From contig OZ245842.1 in the NCBI GenBank assembly GCA_965228895.1, positions 4,288,001 through 4,352,000 on the forward strand: 64,000 nt of DNA, written 5' to 3'. Below are positions 26,350 to 36,239 of the stretch, one piece after another. The stretch comes from Alphaproteobacteria bacterium. Its GTDB lineage: Bacteria; Pseudomonadota; Alphaproteobacteria; SP197. Position numbers and translations under genes: made by a program. The notes beneath the pieces were generated by a model. It saw nothing but the letters and a program-made list of their open reading frames with translations. It did not search any database and was not told where the DNA came from. Position 1 is the stretch's first letter; every line of letters starts with the position of its first letter.

Positions 26350-28748
26350 CCCCTTAGCTTACCGCCGGTGTTCTTCTCGACCGCCGCCACCACCTTGGCG
26401 GCGACCGCGTCGATCTCGTCATCGGTCAAGGTGCGCTCGCGCGGCAGCATGTGGACCGAGATGGCGATCGACTTCTGCCCCTCGCCCAGGGACGGTCCCT
26501 CGAACAGATCGAACACGTTAACGGCGGTAATCAAATCACGCTCCGCGACGGCCGCCGCGCGCACGACCTTCTCGGCCGGCACGTCGGCATCGACAAGGAA
26601 GGCAAAATCCCGTTCAACCGCTTGAAGCTGCGAGATGTCCAGGGCCGGACGCGTAAAGGTCTTCGACTTCGGCGCCGGCACATGTTCCAGCATGACCTCG
26701 AAACCGACAATCGGGCCGTCAATATCGATCGCCTTCAACACCGCCGGGCTGATCTCGCCAAAGGCCGCCAAGACATTGGGTCCCAGGCGCAACACACCGG
26801 AACGGCCGGGATGGAACCAGGCAGGCGCGTCGGTTGTGGTCTGCGCCTTGTCGACCGGCGCGCCGACAGCGTCGAGCACGGCAAGCGCATCGGCCTTGGC
26901 ATCGAAGGCATCGACTGGGCGCTCGCCTTCCAGCCAGTTGCGCGGCCCTGAAGCGCCGACGCGGATACCGGCGACCGAAGTCATCTGACCCTTGGGCGTG
27001 CGATCGACATAGGCCGGGCCGATCTCGAACAGGCCGAAGTCACGTTGGCCGCGCGCCAGATTGCGGCCGGCCGCCGCCATCAGGGCGGGCAGACCGGACG
27101 GACGCAGGACGTCCATGTCGGCGGAGATCGGATTTTCCAGCACCAGATCGTCATCGACACCGCCGAACAACTGCGCATGGGTGCGCGGCACGAAGGAATA
27201 GGTCACCGCTTCGTTCATGCCACGGCCGGCAAGCGCACGACGCGCCCAACGGACCCGCTTCTGCAACAGTGTCAGGATCGGTTTGGCGTAGGCGCTGAGG
27301 CGTGGCAGCGACACCGGCTCGATCGCGTCGAAGCCGTTGATGCGCAGGATTTCCTCGATGACATCGGCCTCGCACTGCATGTCGTGGCGCCAGGTCGGCA
27401 CGGTCACATCCCAGCGATCGTCGGCGGCATCCCTGACCCCATAACCGAGATCGCCCAGGATACGCTCGCTCTCGGCCTTGGCGATATCAATGCCGCCCAA
27501 GGACAGCACGCGCGACGGCCGCACCGCCATGGTCTGATGGTCGGTCGGCACCGCGCCCGCGATGACCGGCTCGCTCGCCTCGCCGCCGCAAATCTCCAGG
27601 ACCAGGCGCGTCGCGATCTCCATGCCATCGGGCGCGAAGGCGCCGTCGACGCCGCGCTCGAAACGGTGGCGCGCGTCGGTATCCAGTGCCAGCTTACGGC
27701 CGGTCGCGGCGGTGCGCAGCGGATCGAACAGCGCGATTTCCAGGAAACCGTTGACCGTATCCTCCTCGGCGCTTGTCGATTCACCGCCGATGATGCCGCC
27801 CAGGCCGAGCATGCCGCTCTCATCGACAATGGCCGTCATCTCGTCGTCGGCTTCGTAGTCTTTGCCGTTAAGCGCCAGGAAGGTCTCGCCCGACTTCGCG
27901 AGGCGCGCGCCGATCGTGCCCTTGACCTTGTCGGCGTCATAGATGTGCGCCGGGCGGCCGATATCGAGCGTCACCCAGTTGGTGATATCAACCAGCGCCG
28001 AGATCGGACGCAAGCCCACCGCAATCAGCTTCTGCTGCATCCAGGCCGGGCTCGGGCCGTTCTTGAGGCCCTTGAAGTAACGACCGATAAAGAGCGAACA
28101 GGCATCTTTCGTCTCATCGTCGAAGTCGAGCTTGATCGCCATCGGGCTCTTGAACGTGCCTTTGACCGGTGTGGTGTCGAGCGGCTTGAGCGTGCCCATG
28201 CCGGCGGCCGCCAAATCACGCGCAATGCCGCGCACGCCCAGGCAATCGCCCCGGTCCGGCGTGATCGAGATATCCAGCACCGCATCGTCAAGGCCCATGT
28301 ATGCCGCGAACGGTTCGCCGACGACCGCATCCTCCGGCAACTCGATGATGCCGTCGTGTTCGTCGGAAAGCCCCATCTCGCGTTCCGAACACAGCATGCC
28401 GTTCGACTCTTCGCCGCGGATTTTCGACGGCTTGAGCTTCATGTCGGTGCCCGGGATCGTGAGGCCCGACGCCGCAAAGACACCCTTCATGCCGGTGCGC
28501 GCGTTGGGCGCGCCGCACACGACCTGCACGGTCTCGGTTCCGTTATCGACCACGCACACCCTCAGCTTGTCGGCGTTGGGATGCTGTTTGGCCTCGACCA
28601 CGTATCCGACAACGAACGGCGCGAGTTCGCGTGCACGGTCGGTCACGCCGTCGACCTCCAGGCCGATGCGGTTCAGCGTGTCGGCGATCTCATCGGCGGA
28701 CGCCTCGGTATCGAGGTGGCGTTTGAGCCAATCAAGCGTGATCTTCAT
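26346..28748 (-). CDS. pheT: Phenylalanine--tRNA ligase beta subunit
   Basis: [39 protein letters not shown]-terminal FDX-ACB domain. Confidence 0.98.
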   Translation of the reverse strand: MKITLDWLKRHLDTEASADEIADTLNRIGLEVDGVTDRARELAPFVVGYVVEAKQHPNADKLRVCVVDNGTETVQVVCGAPNARTGMKGVFAASGLTIPGTDMKLKPSKIRGEESNGMLCSEREMGLSDEHDGIIELPEDAVVGEPFAAYMGLDDAVLDISITPDRGDCLGVRGIARDLAAAGMGTLKPLDTTPVKGTFKSPMAIKLDFDDETKDACSLFIGRYFKGLKNGPSPAWMQQKLIAVGLRPISALVDITNWVTLDIGRPAHIYDADKVKGTIGARLAKSGETFLALNGKDYEADDEMTAIVDESGMLGLGGIIGGESTSAEEDTVNGFLEIALFDPLRTAATGRKLALDTDARHRFERGVDGAFAPDGMEIATRLVLEICGGEASEPVIAGAVPTDHQTMAVRPSRVLSLGGIDIAKAESERILGDLGYGVRDAADDRWDVTVPTWRHDMQCEADVIEEILRINGFDAIEPVSLPRLSAYAKPILTLLQKRVRWARRALAGRGMNEAVTYSFVPRTHAQLFGGVDDDLVLENPISADMDVLRPSGLPALMAAAGRNLARGQRDFGLFEIGPAYVDRTPKGQMTSVAGIRVGASGPRNWLEGERPVDAFDAKADALAVLDAVGAPVDKAQTTTDAPAWFHPGRSGVLRLGPNVLAAFGEISPAVLKAIDIDGPIVGFEVMLEHVPAPKSKTFTRPALDISQLQAVERDFAFLVDADVPAEKVVRAAAVAERDLITAVNVFDLFEGPSLGEGQKSIAISVHMLPRERTLTDDEIDAVAAKVVAAVEKNTGGKLRG

Positions 28749-29824
28749 CGTGCCAGCCCGCCATAAAGGGTGGGCATGTCGAGCGCGGCGAAACCGTAAT
28801 GGCGCAGCCATCTGAGGTCGGCGTCAAAGAAGGCGCGGAGATCCGGAATGCCGTATTTCAGCATCGCAACACGGTCGATGCCCATGCCGAAGGCAAAACC
28901 CTGGTACTTGTCGGGGTCGATGCCGCCGTTCTCCAGAACACGCGGGTGCACCATGCCGCTGCCCAGAATCTCGAGCCAGCCGTGGCCACCGCCGATCTTG
29001 AGCTGGCCGCCTTCGAAGGAGCAGCCGATATCGACCTCCATCGACGGCGACGTGAACGGGAAATAGCTCGGACGGTAGCGCATCGGCACATCGTCGACCT
29101 GAAAGAACGCCTCGACGAAATCCCGCAGGCAGCCTTTCAGGTGGCCCATATGCGTCTTCTCGTCGATGACCAGGCCTTCGACCTGATGGAACATCGGCGT
29201 ATGGGTCATGTCGCTGTCGCTGCGATAGGTGCGGCCCGGGGCAATGACGCGCAGCGGCGGTTTGTTGTTCAGCATGTGGCGGATCTGCACCGGCGAGGTG
29301 TGGGTCCGCAGCACCGGCCGCTGGGACCGGTCTTGGGCCGACAGATAGAAGGTGTCGTGATCCTGGCGCGCGGGATGTTCGGGTGGAATGTTGAGAGCGC
29401 CGAAATTGTACCAGTCGTCCTCGATGTCCGGCCCTTCGGCGACCTCGAAGCCGAGTTCGCAGAAGATCGCCATGATCTCGTTGGTGACCTGACTGACCGG
29501 ATGCACGGTGCCTTGAAGCTCGGGCCTCACCGGCAAGGTGACGTCGATACGTTCCTCGGCCAGGCGGCGATCGAGTTCGCTGCGTTCGAGGTCGTCGCGG
29601 CGCGTCTCGATCGCCTCGGCGATGGCGTCTTTCAGACGGTTGAGCTCGGCGCCCAGTTCGCGGCGCTGATCGGCGTCGACCTGACCCAACTGTTTCATCA
29701 GCGCGGTCACCGCACCCTTTTTGCCGAGTGCGGCCACCCGGACGCCGTCCAGTCCTTTCAGGTCACCGGACTGCGACACCTGCTCAAGAAGGTCGTGGCG
29801 CAGCTTGTCGATCTGCTCCTGCAT
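28745..29824 (-). CDS. pheS: Phenylalanine--tRNA ligase alpha subunit
   Basis: [40 protein letters not shown]. Confidence 0.98.
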   Translation of the reverse strand: MQEQIDKLRHDLLEQVSQSGDLKGLDGVRVAALGKKGAVTALMKQLGQVDADQRRELGAELNRLKDAIAEAIETRRDDLERSELDRRLAEERIDVTLPVRPELQGTVHPVSQVTNEIMAIFCELGFEVAEGPDIEDDWYNFGALNIPPEHPARQDHDTFYLSAQDRSQRPVLRTHTSPVQIRHMLNNKPPLRVIAPGRTYRSDSDMTHTPMFHQVEGLVIDEKTHMGHLKGCLRDFVEAFFQVDDVPMRYRPSYFPFTSPSMEVDIGCSFEGGQLKIGGGHGWLEILGSGMVHPRVLENGGIDPDKYQGFAFGMGIDRVAMLKYGIPDLRAFFDADLRWLRHYGFAALDMPTLYGGLAR

Positions 29825-29908
29825 GGTCTTGCCTGTCTCTACACAAAACAAAGGGGGCCGTTGGCCCCCTCGTGGTCTGGTGATCGCGTTGGCGAAACGG
29901 TCCGTTGC

Positions 29909-30274
29909 TTACGCCGCGCTATCCCTGGCCGAGCGAGCCTGGTCGCACAGCTTGGCAAAGGAAACGGGCTCACGCGCCGCGAGGTCCGCCAGGACCTTGC
30001 GATCGAGCCCAACCCCCGCAAGCTTCATACCATGCATGAACTCGGAATAGGTCATCCCGTGCTGGCGCGCACCGGCGTTGATGCGCTGGATCCACAGGCC
30101 ACGGAACTGCCGCTTCCTGACGCGCCGGTCGCGATAGGCGTATTGCAGCGCCTTTTCGACCCGCTCCAGGGCGATCCGGTAGCAGTTGTTCGAGCGGCCG
30201 CGGTAACCCTTGGCCTGCTTCAGAACCTTCTTGTGACGTGCGTGGGAGGTGGTACCCCGCTTCACTCGCGCCAT
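29909..30274 (-). CDS. rplT: 50S ribosomal protein L20
   Basis: MARVKRG...AKGYRG...[21 protein letters not shown]. Confidence 0.98.
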   Translation of the reverse strand: MARVKRGTTSHARHKKVLKQAKGYRGRSNNCYRIALERVEKALQYAYRDRRVRKRQFRGLWIQRINAGARQHGMTYSEFMHGMKLAGVGLDRKVLADLAAREPVSFAKLCDQARSARDSAA

Positions 30275-30309
30275 CGTTCAATCCTTCTTCTTATCTAGGG
30301 CCCTGGCGA

Positions 30310-30507
30310 TCAGCCGTAGGGCATCAGCCGTTTGACCATCTTGACGTCAGCAGCATCGACCAGCGTGGTGCCCCGCGAGTTGCGGATGAAGCGCTTGGTG
30401 CGGCGGCGCATGAAATGCCGCTTGCCGGCATGATTACGCTTAATCTTGCCGCTCGCGGTCAGGCGAAAACGCCGCTTCATCGAGCTCTTGGTCTTCATCT
30501 TCGACAT
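30310..30507 (-). CDS. rpmI: 50S ribosomal protein L35
   Basis: MSKMKTKSSMKRRFRLTASGKIK...KRH. Confidence 0.97.
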   Translation of the reverse strand: MSKMKTKSSMKRRFRLTASGKIKRNHAGKRHFMRRRTKRFIRNSRGTTLVDAADVKMVKRLMPYG

Positions 30508-30585
30508 CGGGTCGATCCCAACAAAATCAACGACTTAGAACATGGGAGCCACCGATTCGGAAACCCGAACCGGTGGAGAGCCGGC

Positions 30586-30614
30586 CTTATATACGCCGAC
30601 CCTGCCCTTGGCAA
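30586..30614 (-). promoter_or_regulatory. Putative sigma70 promoter for rpmI-rplT
   Basis: Minus strand TTGCCA-N17-TATAAG, followed by a leader hairpin at 30549-30576. Confidence 0.55.
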
Positions 30615-30790
30615 GGGTTCGGGGGTGGGGTTAATGCCTGATTCGCTTGCGCTGGCGCCAGGCCAACCCGCTCCCCCTCTCGGCCACCCATGGCAGCATC
30701 CTCGGGGTGGCCTCGGCGAAAACGCCTCTCGGCGTTTTGCCCCGGAGGGAGGGGGAGAGTGCTGGCTTTGGCAACTAGACCGACATCACC

Positions 30791-31327
30791 CTAGCGCGGT
30801 GCGATCACCATGATCATCTGGCGGCCTTCCATCTTGGCCATGGCCTCGACCTTGGCGATCTCGTCGGTATCGGCGATCACCTTCTCTAGGAGACGGCTGC
30901 CGATTTCCGGATGAGCGAGTTCGCGGCCGCGGAAGCGAATGGTGATCTTCACCTTGTCGCCTTCCTCGATGAACTTGACCAGCGACCGCATCTTCACGTC
31001 GTAGTCGTGCGTGTCGATGTTCGGCCGCATCTTGATTTCTTTGACGTCGAACGTCTTCTGGCGCTTGCGCGCCTCGTTGGCCTTCTTCTGGGCTTCGTAC
31101 TTGTACTTGCCGAAATCCAGAATTTTGCACACGGGCGGGTCCGCGTTGGGCGATACCTCGACAAGGTCCAGCCCCACGGCATCAGCTGCCTGCATTGCTC
31201 GTTCGATTGAAACCACGCCGACCTGTTCGCCGTCGGCTCCGATAAGGCGCACCTGATTCGCGGTGATGCCATCGTTGGCCCGCGGTCCCGATTTGTCGGG
31301 CACGGGCGGTTGTCTGAGTCGTGCTAT
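30791..31327 (-). CDS. infC: Translation initiation factor IF-3 (ATA start)
   Basis: [40 protein letters not shown]; in-frame ATA lies 8 nt after AAGGAG and directly after an in-frame TAG. Confidence 0.96.
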   Translation of the reverse strand: MARLRQPPVPDKSGPRANDGITANQVRLIGADGEQVGVVSIERAMQAADAVGLDLVEVSPNADPPVCKILDFGKYKYEAQKKANEARKRQKTFDVKEIKMRPNIDTHDYDVKMRSLVKFIEEGDKVKITIRFRGRELAHPEIGSRLLEKVIADTDEIAKVEAMAKMEGRQMIMVIAPR

Positions 31328-31354
31328 CTAGTCATCTCCTTGTTGGGGCCGGGT

Positions 31355-33292
31355 TTAGGCCGGCGGTTGCGACTCGGTCTTGAGTCTATGAATGGCGTCG
31401 TCGAGCGCAAGTGATTGCTGATCCTTGCTTCCGAGTCGCCTCAACGAAACCGTACGCTCCTCGGCCTCGCGTTTGCCGACGGCCAGGATAACCGGCACCT
31501 TGGCGGTCGAATGGTGGCGTACCTTGTAGCCAATCTTGTCGCTGCCCGTATCAAGCACGCCGTGCATGCCCTGGACCTTCAGTAACTCGTGAACCTCGGC
31601 CGCATAGGCGTCCGATTCGTTTGTGACCGTGGCGACCGCGTACTGCACCGGGGCCAGCCAGAGCGGCAGGTTGCCGGCATAGTGTTCGATCAGGATCGCC
31701 AAAAAGCGCTCAAACGAGCCCAAAATAGCCCGATGCAGCATCACCGGGCGCCGTCTGGAGCCGTCTTCGGCGATATAGACCGCGTCCAAACGCTCCGGCA
31801 GGACAAAATCGACCTGAAGCGTGCCGCACTGCCAATCGCGGCCGATGGCGTCACGCAGGACGAACTCAAGCTTGGGTCCGTAGAAGGCGCCCTCGCCGGG
31901 GTTATAGACGAGATCGAGGTCGGCGGCCGCCGCCGCGTCCTTCAACGCGTCCTCGGCCTGGGTCCAGACCGCGTCCTCGCCGGCACGCACCTCGGGCCGG
32001 TCGGCGAACTTGACCACCATGTCGTCGAAGCCGAAGTCGCGGTAGATCGACGCGAGAAGCTCGCAAAAGCGAATCGTCTCCGCGGTGATTTGCTCTTCGG
32101 TACAAAAGATATGGGCATCGTCTTGGGTAAATGCACGCACCCGCATCAGACCGTGCAGCGCGCCTGAGGGTTCATAGCGCAGGCACGAACCGAACTCCGC
32201 CATCCTGAGCGGCAGATCGCGATAGCTCTTGACGCCCTGGCGGAAGATCTGCACGTGACATGGACAGTTCATGGGCTTCATAGCCCAAACACGATCGTCC
32301 TCGGTCTGCGCCGTGAACATGTGGTCACGGAACTTTTCCCAATGGCCGGACGCTTCCCACAGGCTGCGGTCGACCATCTGGGGCGTGTTGACCTCTTCGT
32401 AACCTTCGGCGTCAAGACGACGCTGCACATAGTCACGGGCGTTGCGGTAGAGCCGCCAGCCCTTGGCATGCCAGAACACCGAGCCGACCGCTTCGTCCTG
32501 GATGTGGAACAGGTCCATCTCGCGCCCGAGCCGGCGGTGGTCGCGCTTCTCGGCTTCTTCCAGGCGATGCAGATAGGCCTTCAGCTCGTCCTTGTTGCGC
32601 CAAGCCGTGCCATAGACACGCTGCAGCATCTCGTTGCGGCTATCGCCGCGCCAATAGGCGCCGGCCAGTTTCATCAGCTTGAACGCCTTGGGCAACTTGC
32701 CGGTCGACGGCAGATGCGGTCCGCGGCACAGATCGGTGAACCCGCCCTGGGTGTAAATCGAAATCACCTCGTCGTCGGGCAGGTCGCGGATGATCTCGGC
32801 CTTGTACGCTTCGCCGATCGACTCGAAGTAGGCGATCGCCTTGTCGCGGTCCCAGACCTCGCGCTCGATCGGCTCGTCGCGCCCGACGATCTCGGCCATG
32901 CGCTTCTCCATGGCCTCAAGGTCTTCCGGCGTGAACGGTTTCTCCCGTGCAAAGTCGTAATAGAAACCGTCTTCGATGACAGGGCCGATGGTGACCTGGC
33001 AATCGGGGAACAGTTCCTTGGCCGCTTCGGCCAAAACATGGGCGGCGTCGTGACGGATCAGTTCCAACCCGTCGTCGTCCTTGGCGGTGATCAAGGCGAC
33101 CTCGGCGTCGTGGTCGATCGGCGTTTTCAGGTCGATCAAGTTGCCGTCGACGCGAATGGCGAGCGCGGCCTTGGCGAGGCCCGGCCCGATGGATTCGGCG
33201 ATCTCCAGACCGGTGGTCGGCGCGCCATAACGGCGCTCGGAACCATCGGGCAATGTGATCGCGACTTCCGCCGCCTGGGCCTCAGCACTCAT
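31355..33292 (-). CDS. thrS: Threonine--tRNA ligase
   Basis: TGS domain, [37 protein letters not shown]. Confidence 0.98.
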   Translation of the reverse strand: MSAEAQAAEVAITLPDGSERRYGAPTTGLEIAESIGPGLAKAALAIRVDGNLIDLKTPIDHDAEVALITAKDDDGLELIRHDAAHVLAEAAKELFPDCQVTIGPVIEDGFYYDFAREKPFTPEDLEAMEKRMAEIVGRDEPIEREVWDRDKAIAYFESIGEAYKAEIIRDLPDDEVISIYTQGGFTDLCRGPHLPSTGKLPKAFKLMKLAGAYWRGDSRNEMLQRVYGTAWRNKDELKAYLHRLEEAEKRDHRRLGREMDLFHIQDEAVGSVFWHAKGWRLYRNARDYVQRRLDAEGYEEVNTPQMVDRSLWEASGHWEKFRDHMFTAQTEDDRVWAMKPMNCPCHVQIFRQGVKSYRDLPLRMAEFGSCLRYEPSGALHGLMRVRAFTQDDAHIFCTEEQITAETIRFCELLASIYRDFGFDDMVVKFADRPEVRAGEDAVWTQAEDALKDAAAAADLDLVYNPGEGAFYGPKLEFVLRDAIGRDWQCGTLQVDFVLPERLDAVYIAEDGSRRRPVMLHRAILGSFERFLAILIEHYAGNLPLWLAPVQYAVATVTNESDAYAAEVHELLKVQGMHGVLDTGSDKIGYKVRHHSTAKVPVILAVGKREAEERTVSLRRLGSKDQQSLALDDAIHRLKTESQPPA

Positions 33293-33369
33293 CGTCGGTG
33301 CGACTCCGTGATTTCATTAGGTTTTTGTTGTCGGGAACTTGCCGCAACGTAGTGCGAATCGCCCGCCTG

Positions 33370-34293
33370 TCAAGCCACAGCGGGCGTGACGGCGATTACC
33401 TCTTCAACCGTTAAGTCGCCCAATCGGTCACGTTGCAGGATCGTGACGTCCGGGCCGCGCGGTGCCGTCAACGCCGGATCGGATGCCGCAGAGAAGAGAA
33501 CGACCGAAGGTGCGCCGGCCGTCGCCAGAAGATGCATCGGACCGGTGTCGTTGCCGATGACGCAGCGCGCCCGTCGCCCAATGGCGGCAATCTGCTCGAA
33601 CGTTGTGCGCCCACAAAGGTTGATCGCTTGCGGACAGGCCGTCGCGATCTCGTGCAAGACATCCGCTTCCGCGTTTGACCCCAGCAAAACGGGCACATCG
33701 CCGCGCTCGGCCAGATGCCGGGCAAGCTCGCCATAGGATGTCGCCGGCCAACGTTTATCGGGTCGGTGCGGCGCGCTGCCGGGCACCAGAACGGCGAACC
33801 TGTCCGGCAGACCGAGGTCGCCGAGATCCGCGTCAATCATCGAAAGATCGGGTGCCGGTATGGACTCGATGCCGGCAACGGCGAGTTGATCGGCCTGACG
33901 TTCGACCGTGTGCATGGCGTCGCGGTCTGGACGGTTCTGGCGGTGAGACGCGCCGATCGCAATGCCCGACCATTCCGGCTTCGGGTCGTTGAACAGGCGA
34001 AAATAGGAGCTGGAACGATCGGATGTCTGGAGGTCGTAGACGCGCCGGAACCGTCCGCCGCGCAAGCGCCGCTTCAGCGCGGCAATGCGGCCGAGCTGCC
34101 ATAGGCGCGGGCGCTGATCGAGCCAGACCTCGTCGAACCAGCCGCCCGCTTTCGCCAGACCTTTGTAAGGTGCGGTGGTCAACAGCACGATGTGGGCGTC
34201 CTTGTGCGCCTCGCGGATCGCCTGAAACGGGCCGGTCGACAAGACAAAATCGCCGAGCGCGCCAAGGCGGATGACGAGGATGGTCTCGCTCAA
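33370..34293 (-). CDS. Glycosyltransferase family 9 (LPS heptosyltransferase-like)
   Basis: ILVIRLGALGDFV, KRWP, IGNDTGPMH; TTG start overlaps the upstream TGA. Confidence 0.9.
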   Translation of the reverse strand: MSETILVIRLGALGDFVLSTGPFQAIREAHKDAHIVLLTTAPYKGLAKAGGWFDEVWLDQRPRLWQLGRIAALKRRLRGGRFRRVYDLQTSDRSSSYFRLFNDPKPEWSGIAIGASHRQNRPDRDAMHTVERQADQLAVAGIESIPAPDLSMIDADLGDLGLPDRFAVLVPGSAPHRPDKRWPATSYGELARHLAERGDVPVLLGSNAEADVLHEIATACPQAINLCGRTTFEQIAAIGRRARCVIGNDTGPMHLLATAGAPSVVLFSAASDPALTAPRGPDVTILQRDRLGDLTVEEVIAVTPAVA

Positions 34294-35471
34294 GGCCAAT
34301 CGATCAGCTCGCGATACACCGCGAGCGTGTCCGCGCACATGCGCGGCTTGGTGAAGTGCTCGGCGACCCGGGCGCGCGCCAGGGCCGACAGCCGCGCGCG
34401 GGCGTCGACACCCAGTTCCAGGGCGCTCATGATGCCGTCGGCCAGCGCCGTCGCATCATCCGGCGGCACAAGCCAGCCTGTCACACCGGGGTCGACGGTT
34501 TCGACGGCGCCGCCATGGCCGGTCGCCACAACAGGAACGCCCATCGCCTGACCTTCGACCGCGACGCGGCCAAAACCTTCCGGTTCGATCGAGGCCGATA
34601 CCACGACATCGGCCAGGCGATAGGCCGCCGCCATGTCCGTGCAGACGTCGATCAGAACAACCGTCGACGCCAGCCCGAGGGACTGGATCTTCTGCTCCAG
34701 CTCGCGATAGAGGCCCTCGCGGCCCGATCCGACGCCGACCATCAGGCAAATGACATCGTGCTCGGCCAACTGCGCCATGGCATCGACCATCACCATCTGG
34801 CCTTTCCAGCGGGCCAGGCGCCCGGGCAGCATGACGACGGGCTTGCCGTCGGGCAGGTTCCAGCGCGCCGCCAGGTTGGCGACACGGTCGGGCGACACGG
34901 CGGCCGGATCGAAATCGACGATATCGATGCCGCGCGGCACCACCCGCAGGCGATCATCGCCGATGCCATAGTTGTCGCGCACGTGTTGGCCGATGAACTC
35001 GGATATCGCGATGACCCTGTCGCCTTTGGTCATCACCGCGTTGTAGCGTTTCTTCAAGCCGTTCGAATAGTTGTAGGGCGCGTGGAAGGTGGTCACAAAC
35101 GGGCAGCCGACACGCTGCGTCGCGTGATAGGCGGACCAGGCCGGCGCGCGCGATCGCGCGTGAACCAGATCAACGCCCTCGGTGCGGATCAACTGGGCCA
35201 GCTTGCGCGCGTTGCGGCGGATGACCAGCGGGTTCTTGCTGGCGACCGGCAGGGTGATGAGCTCGGCCTTGGTGCGCAACAGGTTGGGCGCCAACTCGCC
35301 GCCGGCCGAGGCGACAAGAGCCCGGCCACCGACCTCGATCACCGCGCGCGCCATATCGATCGTCGCCCGCTCGGCGCCGCCGATCGCAAGCTCCGGCACG
35401 ACCTGAAGGATCACCGGACGGCGCTGTTCGGCGGATGCCTCGTCGGTGTTAGGATCGGCTTCATCGTTCAT
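34290..35471 (-). CDS. Glycosyltransferase family 4
   Basis: GGAER, HARSRAPAW, GRLARWKG, EGFGRVAVEGQAMG.PVV. Confidence 0.92.
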   Translation of the reverse strand: MNDEADPNTDEASAEQRRPVILQVVPELAIGGAERATIDMARAVIEVGGRALVASAGGELAPNLLRTKAELITLPVASKNPLVIRRNARKLAQLIRTEGVDLVHARSRAPAWSAYHATQRVGCPFVTTFHAPYNYSNGLKKRYNAVMTKGDRVIAISEFIGQHVRDNYGIGDDRLRVVPRGIDIVDFDPAAVSPDRVANLAARWNLPDGKPVVMLPGRLARWKGQMVMVDAMAQLAEHDVICLMVGVGSGREGLYRELEQKIQSLGLASTVVLIDVCTDMAAAYRLADVVVSASIEPEGFGRVAVEGQAMGVPVVATGHGGAVETVDPGVTGWLVPPDDATALADGIMSALELGVDARARLSALARARVAEHFTKPRMCADTLAVYRELIDWP

Positions 35472-35489
35472 GGCGGCGGAACCTAGCGC

Positions 35490-36239
35490 ATGTATGACGG
35501 GGAAACGACACCACAATGGCTCGACCGGGCCGACGGCGCGCGAATTGCGTATCACAAGCGCGACGGCGACGGTCCGGGGATCGTTTTCCTGGGCGGATAC
35601 GCCTCCGACATGACGGGAACCAAGGCCAGTTTCCTGGATGACTGGTGCCGCGCCAGAGACCGCGCCTTCCTGCGGTTTGATTACCAAGGACACGGCCAAT
35701 CCAGCGGCGCCTTTGCCGACGGCACCATCGGCCTGTGGGCCGACGACGCGCTGGCCGCTTTCGACAACCTGACCGAAGGCCCGCAGATCGTCATCGGCTC
35801 CAGCATGGGCGGGTGGATCATGCTGATTCTGGCCCTGGCGCGTCCCAAACGGATCGCCGGGCTGATCGGTATCGCGGCGGCCCCCGACTTCAGCCAGGAC
35901 CTTTGGTTGGGCCTGAGCGAGGAACAGCGCGAGACGGTTCACCGCGACGGCGCCATCGAACTCAGCGACGACGGTCAGCCTTATCAGGTCACCCGCGCCT
36001 TCTTCGACGACGGCCGGCAGCACCTGATGCTGCGCGCACCGCTTGCCATCACCTGCCCGGTGCGCCTGTTGCAGGGTATGCAGGACACCGCCGTGCCCTG
36101 GTCGACGGCGGTGACACTTGCCGATCGGCTCGAGGGCACCGACATTGCCCTGACGATGATCAAGGATGGCGATCACCGTCTGTCGCGTGATCAGGACCTC
36201 GCCCGGCTCGGCGCGGCGATCGATGAACTCACGCTCTAG
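35490..36239 (+). CDS. Alpha/beta hydrolase
   Basis: RFDYQGHG.S, GSSMGG nucleophile elbow, KDGDHRLSR. Confidence 0.92.
   Translation: MYDGETTPQWLDRADGARIAYHKRDGDGPGIVFLGGYASDMTGTKASFLDDWCRARDRAFLRFDYQGHGQSSGAFADGTIGLWADDALAAFDNLTEGPQIVIGSSMGGWIMLILALARPKRIAGLIGIAAAPDFSQDLWLGLSEEQRETVHRDGAIELSDDGQPYQVTRAFFDDGRQHLMLRAPLAITCPVRLLQGMQDTAVPWSTAVTLADRLEGTDIALTMIKDGDHRLSRDQDLARLGAAIDELTL

Noticed and set aside
24746-30298. Long plus-strand ORFs (24746-25981, 27045-28766, 28799-30298)
   Set aside because: They are antisense shadows of lepA, pheT, pheS and rplT, typical of high-GC codon bias, with no motifs.
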